Source: Daphnia carinata (taxonomy: Eukaryota). Taken from it: a DNA stretch of 64,000 nt. The notes under the pieces were generated by a model that saw only the letters and a list, made by a program, of their open reading frames with translations, was not told the DNA's origin and did no database searches. The DNA lies in the NCBI RefSeq assembly GCF_022539665.2, contig NC_081333.1, positions 10,292,001-10,356,000 of the forward strand, given 5' to 3'. A program made the translations under genes and the position numbers. Shown one piece after another: positions 49,757 to 63,900 of this stretch. The number at the start of each line of letters is the position of its first letter. Positions within the stretch are counted from its first letter, which is position 1.

Positions 49757-51240
49757 GGTGTCCAAGCTCTTGTCAATTCTTACTTATTTTTTAGCTACTC
49801 TAAAGTGCTACAACCAGACATTACTGGGATAAACAAAAAGAGATGCGAATATACAGTACTTAGCTGGCTCACGGAGCTGCAGATACACAGACACATACAA
49901 GCCAGCTATTTTCTTAATGTCTTGTGTTATTACTTGAATAAAATAATTATCCATAGAATTCAACGTGGATTTTTGTTAGCACGTCGGCTACAGAAATCCC
50001 GCCTGTAGTCATGTAATCTTGTTGACACTGTGTTTTGACATCGGCACAAGAAAAACAAACGCGATGACAGCAGACGACTGATAACTTTTCGTTTTCGTTG
50101 GTTCGGGATCACTCCATAGATGTCAGGTCATTCACAAAAATACAACTTTTTTTTTGTAATTCGAAAGGCGGAGCAGTAGAATTTTCACAACAAATCGGCA
50201 TATTGGCCAAATACTTACAAAAACGGAACATTAAAAAAGCTCAGAGTGGGACAGAAAAAAATGGACTTATTTCGTAAATATAACCAAAAATTGTTTGCCA
50301 TAAGTGTCTTGGTCATTTGAATGCTGTTTGATTTACAGAGCCCTACCTTGTGGACTGAAATGTGTAGACGAATGAAGCTCCGCCTTCAAACCTTCGCCCT
50401 TACCACCGCCCAGTGTCGTAGTGCTGGTTTCTTTCTGTGGCGTTGGTGTGTCGTCATCGAGATCGTAAAATAGGCTCCTCCCCTTTCCTTTCGGGCTGCG
50501 GCTGTGTGGGAAAAACCTGCCGTCAAGGGCGAAGAGCGCCAAGGCGCCCGATTCAGTGCTTCTCGCGGCGGCAAAGTGTTCGTACGTACGGACAGAGTCG
50601 GCCCCTAAAACACACATAGCACAGCACAGAAGGGGTTTACAAACTTGACGGACCATCCGTGCTGTTTCTGTTGTTGATTTCGGTCCATCACACACCATCA
50701 ATCCCGATTTGTTCCAACTTGTGGTTACATCCGGCTCATCCGAGTGACATTGTATTCCAGTGTGTCGTGTACCAATCTTGAAAAGAGACTCTGTGGAATT
50801 GGATTTAGTAGTTGTCATTGGGAACCAATAAATTTTTGGCAAACACCGTCCAAACAAAATCACAGAAATTTTTGCTGATCTATTTTGTGCTGTCGTCAAT
50901 CATCAAATTCTCTTTGTCGTTGATTATCGTCGAATAAAAGTTTGACAAGTGAAGGAATGGTGTTGTCAGTCCGTTGCCGTTACCGCGTGGCCGGCGTGAA
51001 TACATCGAGCGTGTACTGACCGGTTACCGGAACAAGTTTCGGAATGCGTTTTTGAACCAGTGCTCATCTTTTCAAAAATCAATAAAAAAAAAAGAAAGAA
51101 CAAAAGCAGTTTTCGACTGTATGGGATTTGTTTGTTTTTCTGTTCTCGTTGTGCGTTTACCTGAATCGAAACCCAGTTCGATCGTTAAGTTGCCATTTTT
51201 GGTGAAAATTAGAAAATCAGTGATTTAGTGATCCACCAAG

Positions 51241-51280
51241 ATGCCAAGGAAGAAACAGGACTGTCCAAAGCGCATGAAAT
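51241..51280 (+). CDS. tsh: Probable first coding exon of teashirt/tiptop-family zinc-finger factor (MPRKKQDCPKRMK|), followed by a long intron
   Basis: 40-nt exon ending in a perfect T|GTAAGT donor. The peptide resembles the N-terminal MPRRKQ..P.R motif of Teashirt/TSHZ. Inr-like TCAGTC at ~50966. No further exon was recognised in the window. Confidence 0.6.
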
Positions 51281-54200
51281 GTAAGTTTATTATCTCATTG
51301 TTTTTAATATATTGTTTCGTGTGTTATCCCCCCTCACCTCCCCCCCCCCCTACACACATACACCTCTCGAACACACGGTCGATGATGGATCGGCCGATGC
51401 CGACGCAGGATGTAGTTGTTTTTGTTCCAGTGCTGTGTGTTTTGATCGGGATAATTATGTATTGTCTCATTTTATTGAGCGTCTGGCAAAAAACAAAAAG
51501 TCTAAACAGAGTTAGAGCAAGTTTACTTGACATCCAAATGAGGTTGTACCGTCGAGGCCTCCATTCGTTCCATTACAGAACGCCATAAGCAGCAACAGGT
51601 TAGTGGATGCCAAAGAGTCGGTGGTTACGCAGACCGATGGCATAATCTCTGGTCGAGATTAGAATAGGTTATAACCAGATTGTCGATGGGTGGTGTGGAA
51701 CACCAGACACGTGAAGAAAATCGATAAAGCCATCGAACTGCTTTTTTCGTAGACGTTCCCTGTTTTCTACAAAGTTGACGATTTCCAGGTTGGACTGAAT
51801 CGCTGTTGCATTGCGACGTGACATGACGAATGTCGTGTCACGCTAGTCCCTCGCTCGTCCACACCACAGACGGGTGTGGATGATGACGGTTGATTGGTTG
51901 GTGTTGTTCCCGATCCAGATATTCCCGTTCAGGTTCTATTGCTTTTTTCTTTCTTTGTCTCTCTTTGGCCATTTGGTTATGTCTTTTGTTTTCCGTGTGT
52001 GTTTTTCATTTTATTTTTTTGTTTTGTCTTCTTTTTCTTGCTTTGTTATCGTTGGTAGTCGTTAGTGAGATCGCAGTCCGGTTCTCTTTTTTTCTTTCTC
52101 TTTTTATTCTTCCTTTTCACGAGCAGCGACGGGCAAAAGAGCGGACGGGAGGGGTGGGCGACCCGCCGACCGTTCTCTCTCCTCTCTCTCTCTGTGTTGT
52201 TCAGCTCTGGCTGCTGTTGTGTGCCTGACGTGCGGCGCATCATCCATCAATCGGGACGCGGGACCATAGCGTGGCTGTCACTCACTTATCAATGGCCGGG
52301 CGCAGCCCGTTCGTTCGCTAGCTGCGCTCAACCACCCCTTCACTCTGTACGAGCTCTGGGTTCAATCCATCCATCTGAAACTGTCTCGTCCAGCAGCATC
52401 GAATCCATCACATTCCGGACTCTCTTTTCTCTCTCGACTCTACTCTCTCTCTCTCTCTCTCTTTCTGTTCGTACTCTTTTTCGATCGGCTCTTTTTTTTT
52501 TGTTATTATTATTATTTCATTTTTCTATATATTCCCCTTTCTTCTTCGTCATCGTTCTCTTCTTTTGCCGTACTTTTGTGCAGTGTATTTTGACCGATTT
52601 GATAGCGGCACAGCTGATGAACTAGATGAGTCATCGCCTGCTAGTAGTTGTCGTGCTGTGCAATGGGCTTTTTGAAACGCGCATTTCACCGGCAGTTTGT
52701 AGCGGAAGCGCTCATCTTTGATTGGTTGGCAAAAAAAAAAAAAAATACGTTTACGTACCGAGGCTATACGTGTATTATACCGTTAGCGACAGCAGCAGTA
52801 AGGGTGGAGCGGGATGGAGTTGTCTATCTATATCATCCGTTTGCTTCTACTGACTGACTGGCCTGCTGGCTGCTGCTTGCTTGCTGTGGCTTTAGCTTCG
52901 GATCATCCATCTCGGTCACCATCCGTCACTGGAAGCATTAGCTCTGGTCGCCATCATCCACCTCCCTCCCTCTAGTTTTTCCTTTTTTTTTTTCTTTTGC
53001 TCTGTGTCATTGTCTCGTTTTTCGAATACACTATCCGCCCGCGTGCCAATATCTCTCATGCCAAACCGTGAAAAAGGAAGAAGAAAAAAAAAGATCGAAA
53101 ATTGTGAAAAATAGAAAGAAAAAGATAGCCCTCATCATCGAGGTCGGCCATTTGATTGGATCAGAGGCGAGAGAGAGACTTTCACTAGGCGATTGATGTC
53201 GACTTTCAAAATGGTGGAGAAAAATACTTTGTCTTCTTTTGTGCGGATCACTGGTGTACTAAACTTGGGCCTCTAGCTCTCTCTCTCTCTCTTGCGCGCT
53301 GTAAGTGATGGTCGGATGGCCATCCATCATCAATCCATCGTCAGGGAAAAACGGGGCTCCTCCGCGTTGTATGTAGGGTCATAAATTACCCATCTTTTTT
53401 ATACATTTTTTTTTTGTGTACGTACTGTACTGCGTCTCGAAGAGGTCGTCGCCTCGACATGTACCCACATACATAGCTGGTTAAATTCTACTGGCACATA
53501 CCCCCTTCAATTTTTCCCATCTAAATGCGTGTGCGAATACCCGTGCTCTCCAACTCCTTTCGGAAACGTATCACTCCATTGATTGATAGGCTCCTAAAAA
53601 AAAGGGCAGGAAAAAAAAAATCAAAGGAATTGAAAAAAAAAAAAAAAAGTATAGGGTACAAGGTGGACGTTGGGTGCCGAAGAGGTCTTTTGTATTTTCT
53701 ATCTGTATATCTACCACGTAGAGGGAAGCCAATCTATAAAAAGAGGAGATCGTTTCATCCTTACCGCTTTGGTATTTTTTTTTTTTTTAACTTTTTCGCT
53801 GGCGTATATATATTAAATACGCTCATGGGAATCGAAACCAGCCCGTTTGAGTGGTTGGTTTTTAGTGGCGCGCCGTTTGAATTACGACCACACCGCCCCC
53901 TTGATGTTCTTCGGCGCTTTCCTCGCGCGCGCAGCTCAACACAGACAGGCACACACGCAGACACATACCGCGGCGTTGACCTTTTTGAACAAGCCGAAGT
54001 TGTTTCAGAGTCATCATCAGAAGAAAAGAGAGAAAACAAAACACAAACAAAAAATGTTCGATGCCGCCATGTAAAAAAAAGAAAGAACGAGAGACGGTTG
54101 GGTTTGTGCGCTTCAGTGATAAACCATTTCATATCGCCTTCTTTCCGTTCTTCCATCACGTGCAAAAAAACGAAACGTAGATAGAATTATGCGAAAAACT

Positions 54201-57200
54201 TGCAGATAAAAAAATAAATTTCAACACTCAGCTGCTACCGTCTGCGCATAGTAGAACACCTGCATGAACCATTTTTTTTTTGTTTTTGTTTTCTTACAAA
54301 AGAAATAGTTGACCATGTATTTTGTCTTGCTGCGTATATGCCCCTCGGAAGCCATGGAACAGCAAAAACTCCAGGACAGAAAGAAAAAAAAAAACGATCA
54401 TCCGTCATCTGTAAGGTGGTTGTTGTATTTTCCCCTTTTCGTGATCTTTTCCACACGTACACATTCCTGACTCTGAATATGGTTCCGGTTGGAGAGGGAA
54501 CTGCGGGAATGAACTGCATTGGCATTGAGCGACAATGATGTCAGATTAAATATCATTACAAAGGTCTTTTCCCTTTTATTCCGTGACCGAGTCGAAACGG
54601 AGAAGAAGAAGAGAAAAAAAAGAAAAAAACAAAACAAGAGAGAATTTTTTTTTAACGTCATTTAATCGGTCGTGTTTTGAAATCATCATCAAAAAAGATG
54701 GCAAGAGCACGACGGCAATATCAAAGGCTTTCTCGGGGAATCGTTTAGTTATCGACTTGATGAGTTCCAGGGAACCAGTGGGAAAGAAATGGAATGGCTC
54801 ATTGTTCCAATGGGTTTTTGTGGAGCAAAAAGGGGCGTTACCGGTTTTTCTTCTTTCGTCTTCAACTAGAAAATTTATGCATCCTCCTCCTCCTACTTCA
54901 ATCTTGTTGCCGACCCGTAAGAAATATCGAAGACTAAGAAAAAAAAAAAAAAAAACCGCGCAAGCCGTTTGTCGATCATTTTTTTTTTTTTTTTTTCATA
55001 AAGAACCCCTCTCATTTTCTTTGCTACTCTTTAGTTGATGGACTAGCTCACATCCGCCCACCACTTCCATCTGCGGTCGTCGCCTGATTGAGGTGCTCAT
55101 TCACGGCCGTGTCATTTTCTGATGGATGTTTTTTTTATATTCGACGTTCTTTTTTATATGCAACAATAACTAGCGGGCGCTATACAATAACAGCCGTTCA
55201 AGCCAAACACCACCAATAACAAATAGAAGCAAAAAGAGAGAGGGGGGGGGGAATAAAAAGGAGCGTGAAAAATGTTAAATCTTTCTCGCGTTCGCCTGAC
55301 AAGAGGGAAATGCTTGTTTGGTTTTTTGGGTCTTTTGCGGTCGTGCGAGCCAAAGAACAGACACACACACACACACACACACACACACGTATGACCGCAA
55401 AAGAAGATGAATGTAGGGAGGGTCCTCGCTACCAGTCGCCGACACACTCTCTTCTTGTTTTTCAATACGATCTAATAACTCTTTATTTATGGATTGAACG
55501 CGGACGCAATCAAGGTTTTTCCCTCTCTCTGCGTATTAGTATGCATTTAATAGAAACAATAGATGATGGGAAGACAACGAGCGAATGAAAAATAGGAGAC
55601 CAGTCAACAATAATGGCTATTTATTTTTCTTATTTTGTTGGTTGAAGGGAAAATGTGGAAATTCAATTGTTGGCGCGTCGCTCTTTTACAACTCTCCAAT
55701 TTTGAAAGGAAAAAAAAAAAAATGTTTCTCTTATTTTTGTTTCGTCTCATTTTCTCAGAGCAGTCAGGCCTTTGGGCAATATTTCTATAGACATAATTTT
55801 TCTTCGTCTTCCTTTAGCATGCCTTTGATTAGCCTTGTGAGCGAGGGAGAGAGAGAGGGGAGGAGAGAACGGGGTGATTTATTGCGCGTAACTGGCAGCT
55901 CCAACAGTTCTGGCAACTCACATAACACAACAGAGAAAAGGAGAGGCCAAGGAGAGACTGGCAGCTCTCTTTTTTCTTTTTGCCTCTTTGACTCTCTCGT
56001 CAGTATTTTTTCACTGACGTTTCAGTTCAACCTCCCTCGGCGAGCTTGCGGTCGTTCCTTTTCTTTTGGTTAATTATTCGAAATAATCATCATAATAGCC
56101 ATATACCTGGACCAGCAGCAGCATCTGCCGCTCGGTTCCCAAGACAAATATTTCTTTAAAGTGAACGGGTTCTCTCTCTCTCTCTCTTCTTGTGTTTCTC
56201 TTTTGGGAGCCGTTCATCAGTCGTTCAACAGGTAGAAGAAGAAGTAGACAAAAAAAAAATAGGCAAGGATGAAAAAAGAAAAGAAGGGGGCCGGATGTGT
56301 CGTTTTTTATTGTGTCTATGCGTGTGTGTGAAAGCGTCCTGTCTGTTACACGAGATAGATAGCTCTGGGCGCGGGAATTTCTTCTTCTTTTTCAAATTCA
56401 ATAGTCGTAAATTAGTTGAGAGCCGCGACGTGCAGTTAATATACTACCACTGCATTCACTGTGTATGTGTGTGTGTGTTGCATTTACGTGTATGCATTTG
56501 TAATACCGTAATGGATGAGAACAAGCATTCGTCTATAGATATACATTTACGTTGTACCTGCTAGTATATCAAGTGAGCGGCCCAGTCTATTAAAAGTCGT
56601 GCCTCATTCCAACAGGTGACGGGCGTGAACGTCTTTCACACATTGCCCTAATCGTCCGTTTCTCTATTCTTTCCCTATTTTTTTTTTCGTTCCATTATTT
56701 TTACTTCTCATTTTCTTCGTCCTTTTATTTGACGTCAAGTGAAATCGCCCTCGTTTTGAAAATGCCGTTTATTTTGATGGCACTGCCACAATGGCGATGA
56801 TTCATTCGTTTTCTTCAACGTCGCCATATTAGCCATTGGATGTGGGTACGTAGGACCAAGGCTTTTTGTGGCGGGGGGCACAATTGGAATTCGAATGGCA
56901 TATGACGTTCGGCTAATGTCCCGACAGCTGCGTCTACAGCCACCGACCGTCAATCAATGACGTACTTGTCTCATCTGGGTACAGAAACGCGCGACACGGA
57001 TCCGGAACAGCAGCGACCGGTGGAAGGGCGGAGATTCTTGTATGTTAACTGGGAAGGCAAGACACACATAAAAAAAAAAAAGCGGACAAGGAGTGGTAGC
57101 AGACAGTGTTATATGGATATGGTGTTGCAGCCAAACAATGGTCCCCTTCTCCGGTAGACGTTTTTATCGAGCTATTGAGACCCATTACACGTGTGTGTGT

Positions 57201-60200
57201 GTGCGTGTGCGCGCGCGCATCAGCCTGCCGAACGCGTTCATTTTATCCGGGACGATTTCATTTCTGTTTACTTTATCACATTTTTTTTTCTGGAAAAAAA
57301 ACAAACAAACAAAATAAAAATATGGCACTTTTTTTCTTTTTTTTTTTTAAAGGAGCAAGGTAAAACATCTTTTGCTTGTCCTGCTCTGAATGATGGATGT
57401 CGAGGCCAAAGACGATTTGGACTCCAATCTATATCATGTCAGTTTTACATTCGTGGGCATCCTTGCAATTCTTCTCGTTATTTTTCCCACGTTTTCTTAT
57501 TTTCAATTCCTTTTTTCTCTCTCTCTATTGTCCGTAGACACATTTACCATTTTTTTTCTTGTTTCGAAATAAAAGAAAGCCATTTCATTTATTTTTTTTT
57601 TTTTCGTTGTTGGATTGAGTGTAGTCTACACTGTTTGGTAGTTCACAAAGAGAGAGATGGAGAGTACGTAGTTTGTGGGGTGGTGGTTTGTGGGCCGTGT
57701 CTTGCGCGACGGCCATCAATCTGTCGCGGGAGCGCGTCTCGTCGTTTGGGGCCTACGACAGACAGGACCCCTTCATTCTCTTTTTCAATGCAAAAAAGCC
57801 CTTTTCCCCCTTTTTTTTTTTCCTATTTTCTCTTGTGTAAAGTAGACGAGAAATTTAGGAGAGGGGAGACGAAGAAAAGCGAAGAAATAAATCGAATAGA
57901 AGAGTTTGAAGAAGTGACACGGAAAAGGGAGAAAGAAAAAAAAAAAAAAAAAAAAAAAGGGAGAGATATGGGGCGCTGTGTGCAGGACGTATAGTGCTGC
58001 TCGTCGCAGTTACTACTGGAACGGTGGGAGGGTTTCCAGAAGACCCGGAGCGCTTGGAGGCCAGATGGTAGTAGTGAAAAGAGACAGTAAATCTTCGTCG
58101 CCCGTCAGTCGTTCCTCTGTCTCTGCTAGACGCGGCTAGCATTGCGCCGTGCTGGTCTCTCTCTACGGTTCTCTATCTATCTAAAATGTTTGGCTTGCTG
58201 GCTGGCTTTTTTTTTTTTTTTTTTTTTTTTTTCGCAGCAGCAGCTTTGATACGCAGACAGAGACGCACATTTCCAAACGGGTGACAACGTCAGTCCATAA
58301 AGCATTTGGGGAGCAGCAGCACTGCTGCTCGCCCCGGCTCGATGGGTTACATCCATAAATAGTCTGTCACCCTTCACAGTACAAACGGTGGGGAATAAGA
58401 GGACTCTGAAGGAAAGCGGAAAAAGAGGGGGGAAACGCACAGGGCATATATACCCGTTCGATTCGTTCGTCTTACAGCACTGGCACCACCCCCGCCTGCT
58501 ATATCCCACCCCGCATATTGACAATAGAGAGGACATTTATCTCGTATGGCTATTGGATACACATAGAGAAAGAAAGAAAAAAAAAAAGACAGACAGAAAG
58601 GCTGAAAAAAAAGAGAGAGAGACTGTGTGATATATCGCTCAGGAAATAATGATTTCCAGCTCTGTTGGGCTTGGCTCTCTCTCTCTCGATTCATTGGAGC
58701 CGGCCCCCATTGAATTAGCCATAAATCTATCACGACTTTGTTCTTTTTTTGTTTTGTTTTGTTTTCTTTCCTTTTTCGTTATATCCTTTTGGCCGTGCCA
58801 CCATATCTTCTAGCTCTTATGTGTCTATGTATGTACACTATAAATATATGACGTGCTCGTCAGACTGATAAATGCCCTATGCTGCTGTTGGAGTGACGCA
58901 CATGTTGGAAAGAAAAGAATGGATATGTCGCAGAACAAGAAAACGACAGAGTTTGTTCATGTCTATCTGTTATATGCTCGTCTACGGACGATTCCGCTAC
59001 CCGTCCGTCAACGTCTTTTGCTTACTAAACATCACATTGGAAGGAGAACTGGACTCTCGTTCTATATCACTTGGAAGCTTTAAAAAAAAAAACTGAGATT
59101 TTGTGTGTGTGTGTGTGTGTGGATCGACGCGCACAAACTTCCAGAAGGGGCTGTCGACGCTGACAGATTTACTAACTGACAACGTCCAACAGCCAGAAAC
59201 CAGGAGCATAGTTTTCTTGTGTGCCTGTAACGCGCTCTGTGTGAAAGAGACCAAAGAAAATGAGAGTAAGAGTTTGTGCGTGTGTGTGTGTATGTGTGTG
59301 AAAAAGAGGCGAGAGCAATCTGTGTTTAGAACTTTCTTCTGGTATGTTGCCTGTGTGTGTAATCAATCTGTCCAGATTTTTCTTTTTGGCCACTCTTTCT
59401 CTCTCTTTCTCTCTCTTGAGATGTCTAGCTTGTGCCTCTCTATATATACCGTCTCGGTTATACTCACCGCGTGTTATTATACTGTTGCGTCTCTTTCGGC
59501 TTTGACGTTACTGTATAAATACCAGGTGATTGGTTGGCTATCAATGAGTTGTTGCTGCCTGATTTGAGCGGCTGCCGACTGGATGAAATGTGTCTGTTTG
59601 GACATTTTTTTTTTCTCGCCTTCTTAAAATAAAAGGAAAGAAGAAGAAGAAGAAGAAGTTGTAGCAGGCGTTTTTACGTACAAGACAGCTTCTGGCGAAC
59701 TGGACAAACAAATCTCCACCCACTCTCGCGGGCTCGCTTGATTTTGTTTGGTTTCTCTTTTTTTTTTCTTTTTTTTTTTGGCGTTCGTCCTTCGTGTGAT
59801 GACCCATACTTGCACCAACGGTCCCGTACAGTACACAGGAAACACGCGCACTTCGGACTAACTACTGGTTTTCAGGTGCGCTCAATGACAGACACGCAAC
59901 AGAAACACCAACAGCTACTCACGTCAGTCGATGATGTGGGCGCTCCGTACTGGGGCTCCTCGTCACGTTCCCTATGTCCTCCTCCTCTTACTCGGACTGT
60001 TTGTTCGACACATCTGTAAACACTGTTAGCGGCTTTGTGGGTCTTGTTTTTGCTAGCTTGTTCACCATGATTTTTAAAGACCCAAACGAAGAAGAACGGG
60101 CAAACAGTATACCCCACCGAAGACAAAAAAAAAATCACAAGAATATAAAAAACAAAACAAAACAAAAAAAAAGAAGAGTACAAACAAGTCGCAGAGATGA

Positions 60201-60941
60201 GACAGGTGCTTGTTGACTAGTCGAAAGACCATCCACAAAGTTCACCAATCTATTCTTTGATATCTTGTTTTCTTCTTCATCTTTTTTTATTTTCCGTAAA
60301 ATGCCATTGTCAACTTTCGTGTTTCCTCTTCTTCTATTTGTCTTTTGATCATTTCTTTTATTCATGTCGACAGCACCGGTAACCGGTTTGGTCGGTCTAT
60401 TTGGTCCAACACGCAAGTTGAAAAGGAGAATGCCTTTTTCTTTCTTTTTTCAACACGTCGCCATTATTGACTCTATATGCTCTTTCTCTTACCGTCTGCC
60501 TTTCTCGTTTCCCCCCTCACTGGCAGACTGATCTACCCTTATTCATGCGATAGATGGATAGATAGATGTTTTGGAAGACGGTCCATCTTAGGATGGACAA
60601 CTTGGCCGATCGAGAACTGTCTGTCGATTGTATGACGGTTGACCACGTCCTACAACACTATCGAGATTGATGAAGTGAAACTTGTCTCGTGATTGATCCA
60701 GTCCTCGACCGGTTTCCCTTTTCTTTTCCGATCGAAAAGTCTGTTTCAGGTGTTTTGTCTGCCAATTGTACCAAATGATAGTTCGATTATAGCAGCTGAT
60801 GGCTAGCTCTCTTCGTTCACCGTTTCGTCGTCTGTTTTTCAAGTATAAAGAACAAAATGTGTCGTTTGCTTTCCTTTCGATGAATTGGCCCTTTTTGGCA
60901 CCTTTGGCTTAGCAGCGTAAGCACAAGAGGATGAATGCTCT

Positions 60942-60945
<4 letters not shown>

Positions 60946-60987
<42 letters not shown>
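60946..60987. repeat. (TG)21 microsatellite; others at ~4093 (GA), ~55361 (AC), ~59102 (TG), ~62936 (AC), ~63296 (TA)
   Basis: Direct observation. Confidence 0.95.
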
Positions 60988-60988
<1 letters not shown>

Positions 60989-63900
60989 ATGATGATGCAC
61001 ACGACCCCAAACGGATGCATCATTTGGTATTTCTTTTTTCTTTTTTGACTCTCTCTTTTTGAAAAAAAAAAAAAAAAAAAAAGAGGGAAGGATGAGAGCG
61101 AGAAGAGTTACGACCCGGTGTATGTAGCCTGTCTCATTAAAAAGAGAAAAGAAGAGGGACGCTTCAGAGGACGAGGACCCCATCACATAACACACCAAAA
61201 GAGATGTGTGCTGTTTCTTCGTCTTCTTCGTTCCTTCCAAAAATATTTATACACTTAAGAAAGAGGCTCAGGTACACCACATCGAGTCAGGAGGGGGGCC
61301 TTCTCCACACAGACAAGAAGAGAAAAAGAAAAAAGAAAAAAAAATAACAACGAAGGCTATTTTTGTGTAGTGTACTCATGTTCGCCATGAAACCTACCCT
61401 GCCGGGAGGGGGGCAATTTGCGTACCTGTCAGGTGACATAAATCGTCTTACGCTCTACATTTTTTTTTTTCTTTTCTGTTACGGCTGTGAAATGTGGAAG
61501 GTGATGGTGCAAGAAAGAAAGAAAAAAAAAAAAAAAAAGAAAGGTACACGTTAAAATCACAATGTGGATGAGAATGTGTTTTGAATGTTGACGCGTCCTC
61601 GTCATTGCCGGTGTGCCGCACCCATCCGATCAATTCAAGATGTGTTGATGCAAATGACAAGGCATCACACGCAAATCAAAAATGGCGTTTTGTACACGGT
61701 CATGATTGGACAAGTGAAGATGAAGAAGGATGAATCCTCCTCCCCCTCCCCCCAAAAAGAAGTTACCAAATAGAGGCATAAGTTGCGCAATGATAAAGAA
61801 AACGGAAACAAGACTGAGAGAAACAAAAATCAAAAGGAAAGGTAAAAAAAAAAAAAAAAGAGGAATCTTTTTCACATGTCGGCGATCCTCCCTTCTCATC
61901 TGTCTAGCAGACATAATGGCTCTCTGACATGGAATCATCGTCGAGTATATAATCGACTGTCTTTAAAAAAGACAAAAGCAAAAAAAAAAAAAAAAGAAAA
62001 GGAGAGAATCGAAATTTCGAGTTGATTAGTGTGACCCGTTGATCCTCTTCTATCCCCCCCCCCATTGAAACAACCCAAGAAATCTATTGATTGATATAGG
62101 TGGTAATTCGTTCGGCGGGTCAGCCCTCCAGAAAAATAAATAAATGCAGGGCAGGAAATGAGTTTTTCCTTCTTTTTTTTTTTCGAGTTCAAGTTGCATG
62201 ACCAGTTGTCGTTAACATTTTTCTCCCTACCAACGACCAACCTCTAAAGAGCAAGACACGCATTATTGGGTTAGGAAAAAAAAAAACTCCAAATCCTCGA
62301 GTGTTAAAAGGTTCTGACCGCTTGCAATAAGCTCCATCATTTTCTCTTTCTCCCGCAGTGGGTTACCTCCTCTTTTTCTCCCTTTTTTGTGTACGTACAG
62401 TATGTGATTTGCTCAAGTTGTGCCGACTGTTTTTGAGAAAGAAAGAGCGGGGAGCGCCTCTTCTTTTTCTTTCAGGTGAGGCTTCATTTAGGTATACATG
62501 CGTGTCTCGGTGATGTCACACGCACACGGGGCTATATGCCGGTATCATACCGACATCGTTTGTGTCAAAATGAAAGGAGGAAGAGACAAGAACCCCTCTG
62601 TGAACGATGCTTAATGAGTACCCTCCTCCTACCTTTTTATAAGGAGGGCGGAGTCAGTAAATTCCTGGTGTGTCGATTGTTGGTCACACACAGATACGCT
62701 AACAGACGATGGCGGGGTTCGAGATGGAATTTCTTTTTCTTCGTTCAAAATTTGTGTGCAGTGAGCGTTTGTGTACGTTGCAGTCCGGCACTGAAAGTCG
62801 TTTACAGGTTGCGTGCCGTCCGGCTGTTATACATATCCATTTATTCGCCAGACGGCGGCGGCGGGCTCTTTTGACAGACAGACAAGAAAAGAAGGCGCTT
62901 GACGTTTAAATAACTCCTCCTTTTATACATACAGACACACACACACACACACACACACATGTATATAAGGGACTGGAGTCTTTTAACCATCTTTTGTATT
63001 TCTCCCACGCGATGAACGGCCAGAGTGAGAACGTTCTTATGGACTCTTCTCTTGTTTTTCTCTCTCTCTCTCTTTATTGGACTCTTTTTTTTTTGTTTTT
63101 TTTTGTTTTTTACAGCGAGATGGAGGATAAGAGGTTGTGATCTTGTCAAGTGACGTCAGCCCCACTGCTAGAGAGCTAAAGCAGCAGCACGAGTCACTTT
63201 TGTACTTGACGGCCTCTTGTACATTATCCGTTTGATTTTGTTCGCTTGTTCCCATTTGTGGTCCTTCCTTATTTGACTAAACACATATACGTACGTATAT
63301 ATATATATATATCGTAGAAGGACTTGCTATGTACGTTAACTACATATATTGTTGTAAAATAAGAGGGGCAAGCCGCCGCGCACCCAACACTTTGATGAAG
63401 AAGTTTTTACCCCCGGTGGTGGTCTGCTTCTTCCACTTTGCTAGCGTGTTTTTCTTTTTTTTTTTTTTTTTTTTTGTCTTTTCTTTTGCTTCGGGTTTTT
63501 GTATTCTGACATACCCATCTTGAAATAGAACCTCACTCAATGCGGCCACAGCTCTTCTTTTTTCTCTCACTTTCTGGCTTTTCTTTCACTATGGCGCTGT
63601 TCAGCTAATAATAGTTGAAAACGGTTCAAAATAGTTGAGAGGCACAAGAAGAGCTATATATTTTGATGGACTCGAGACGAGTGGCGTCAGACACGCAGAA
63701 GAAAAAAGAAAAAAGAAAAGAAAAAAAAAAACGCCACTTGAAAGCGAAAGGGCGGCTGAACGAGAGCGGAATGCGTCTTTTGCTCTTTTTCATCTTGTCC
63801 TTGGATTGATGACCGGCCCCTGGACACCACTCGCCTCCAATCTTTCATTAATAATGGTGATGGTTTTTCGTGTCGTCTCTGCAGCCAAGAATGCGGTTCG

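Noticed and set aside
50333..50899. 188-aa minus ORF between the zinc-finger gene and the teashirt-like exon
   Set aside because: Non-ATG start, no recognisable motifs; lies in a divergent promoter region.
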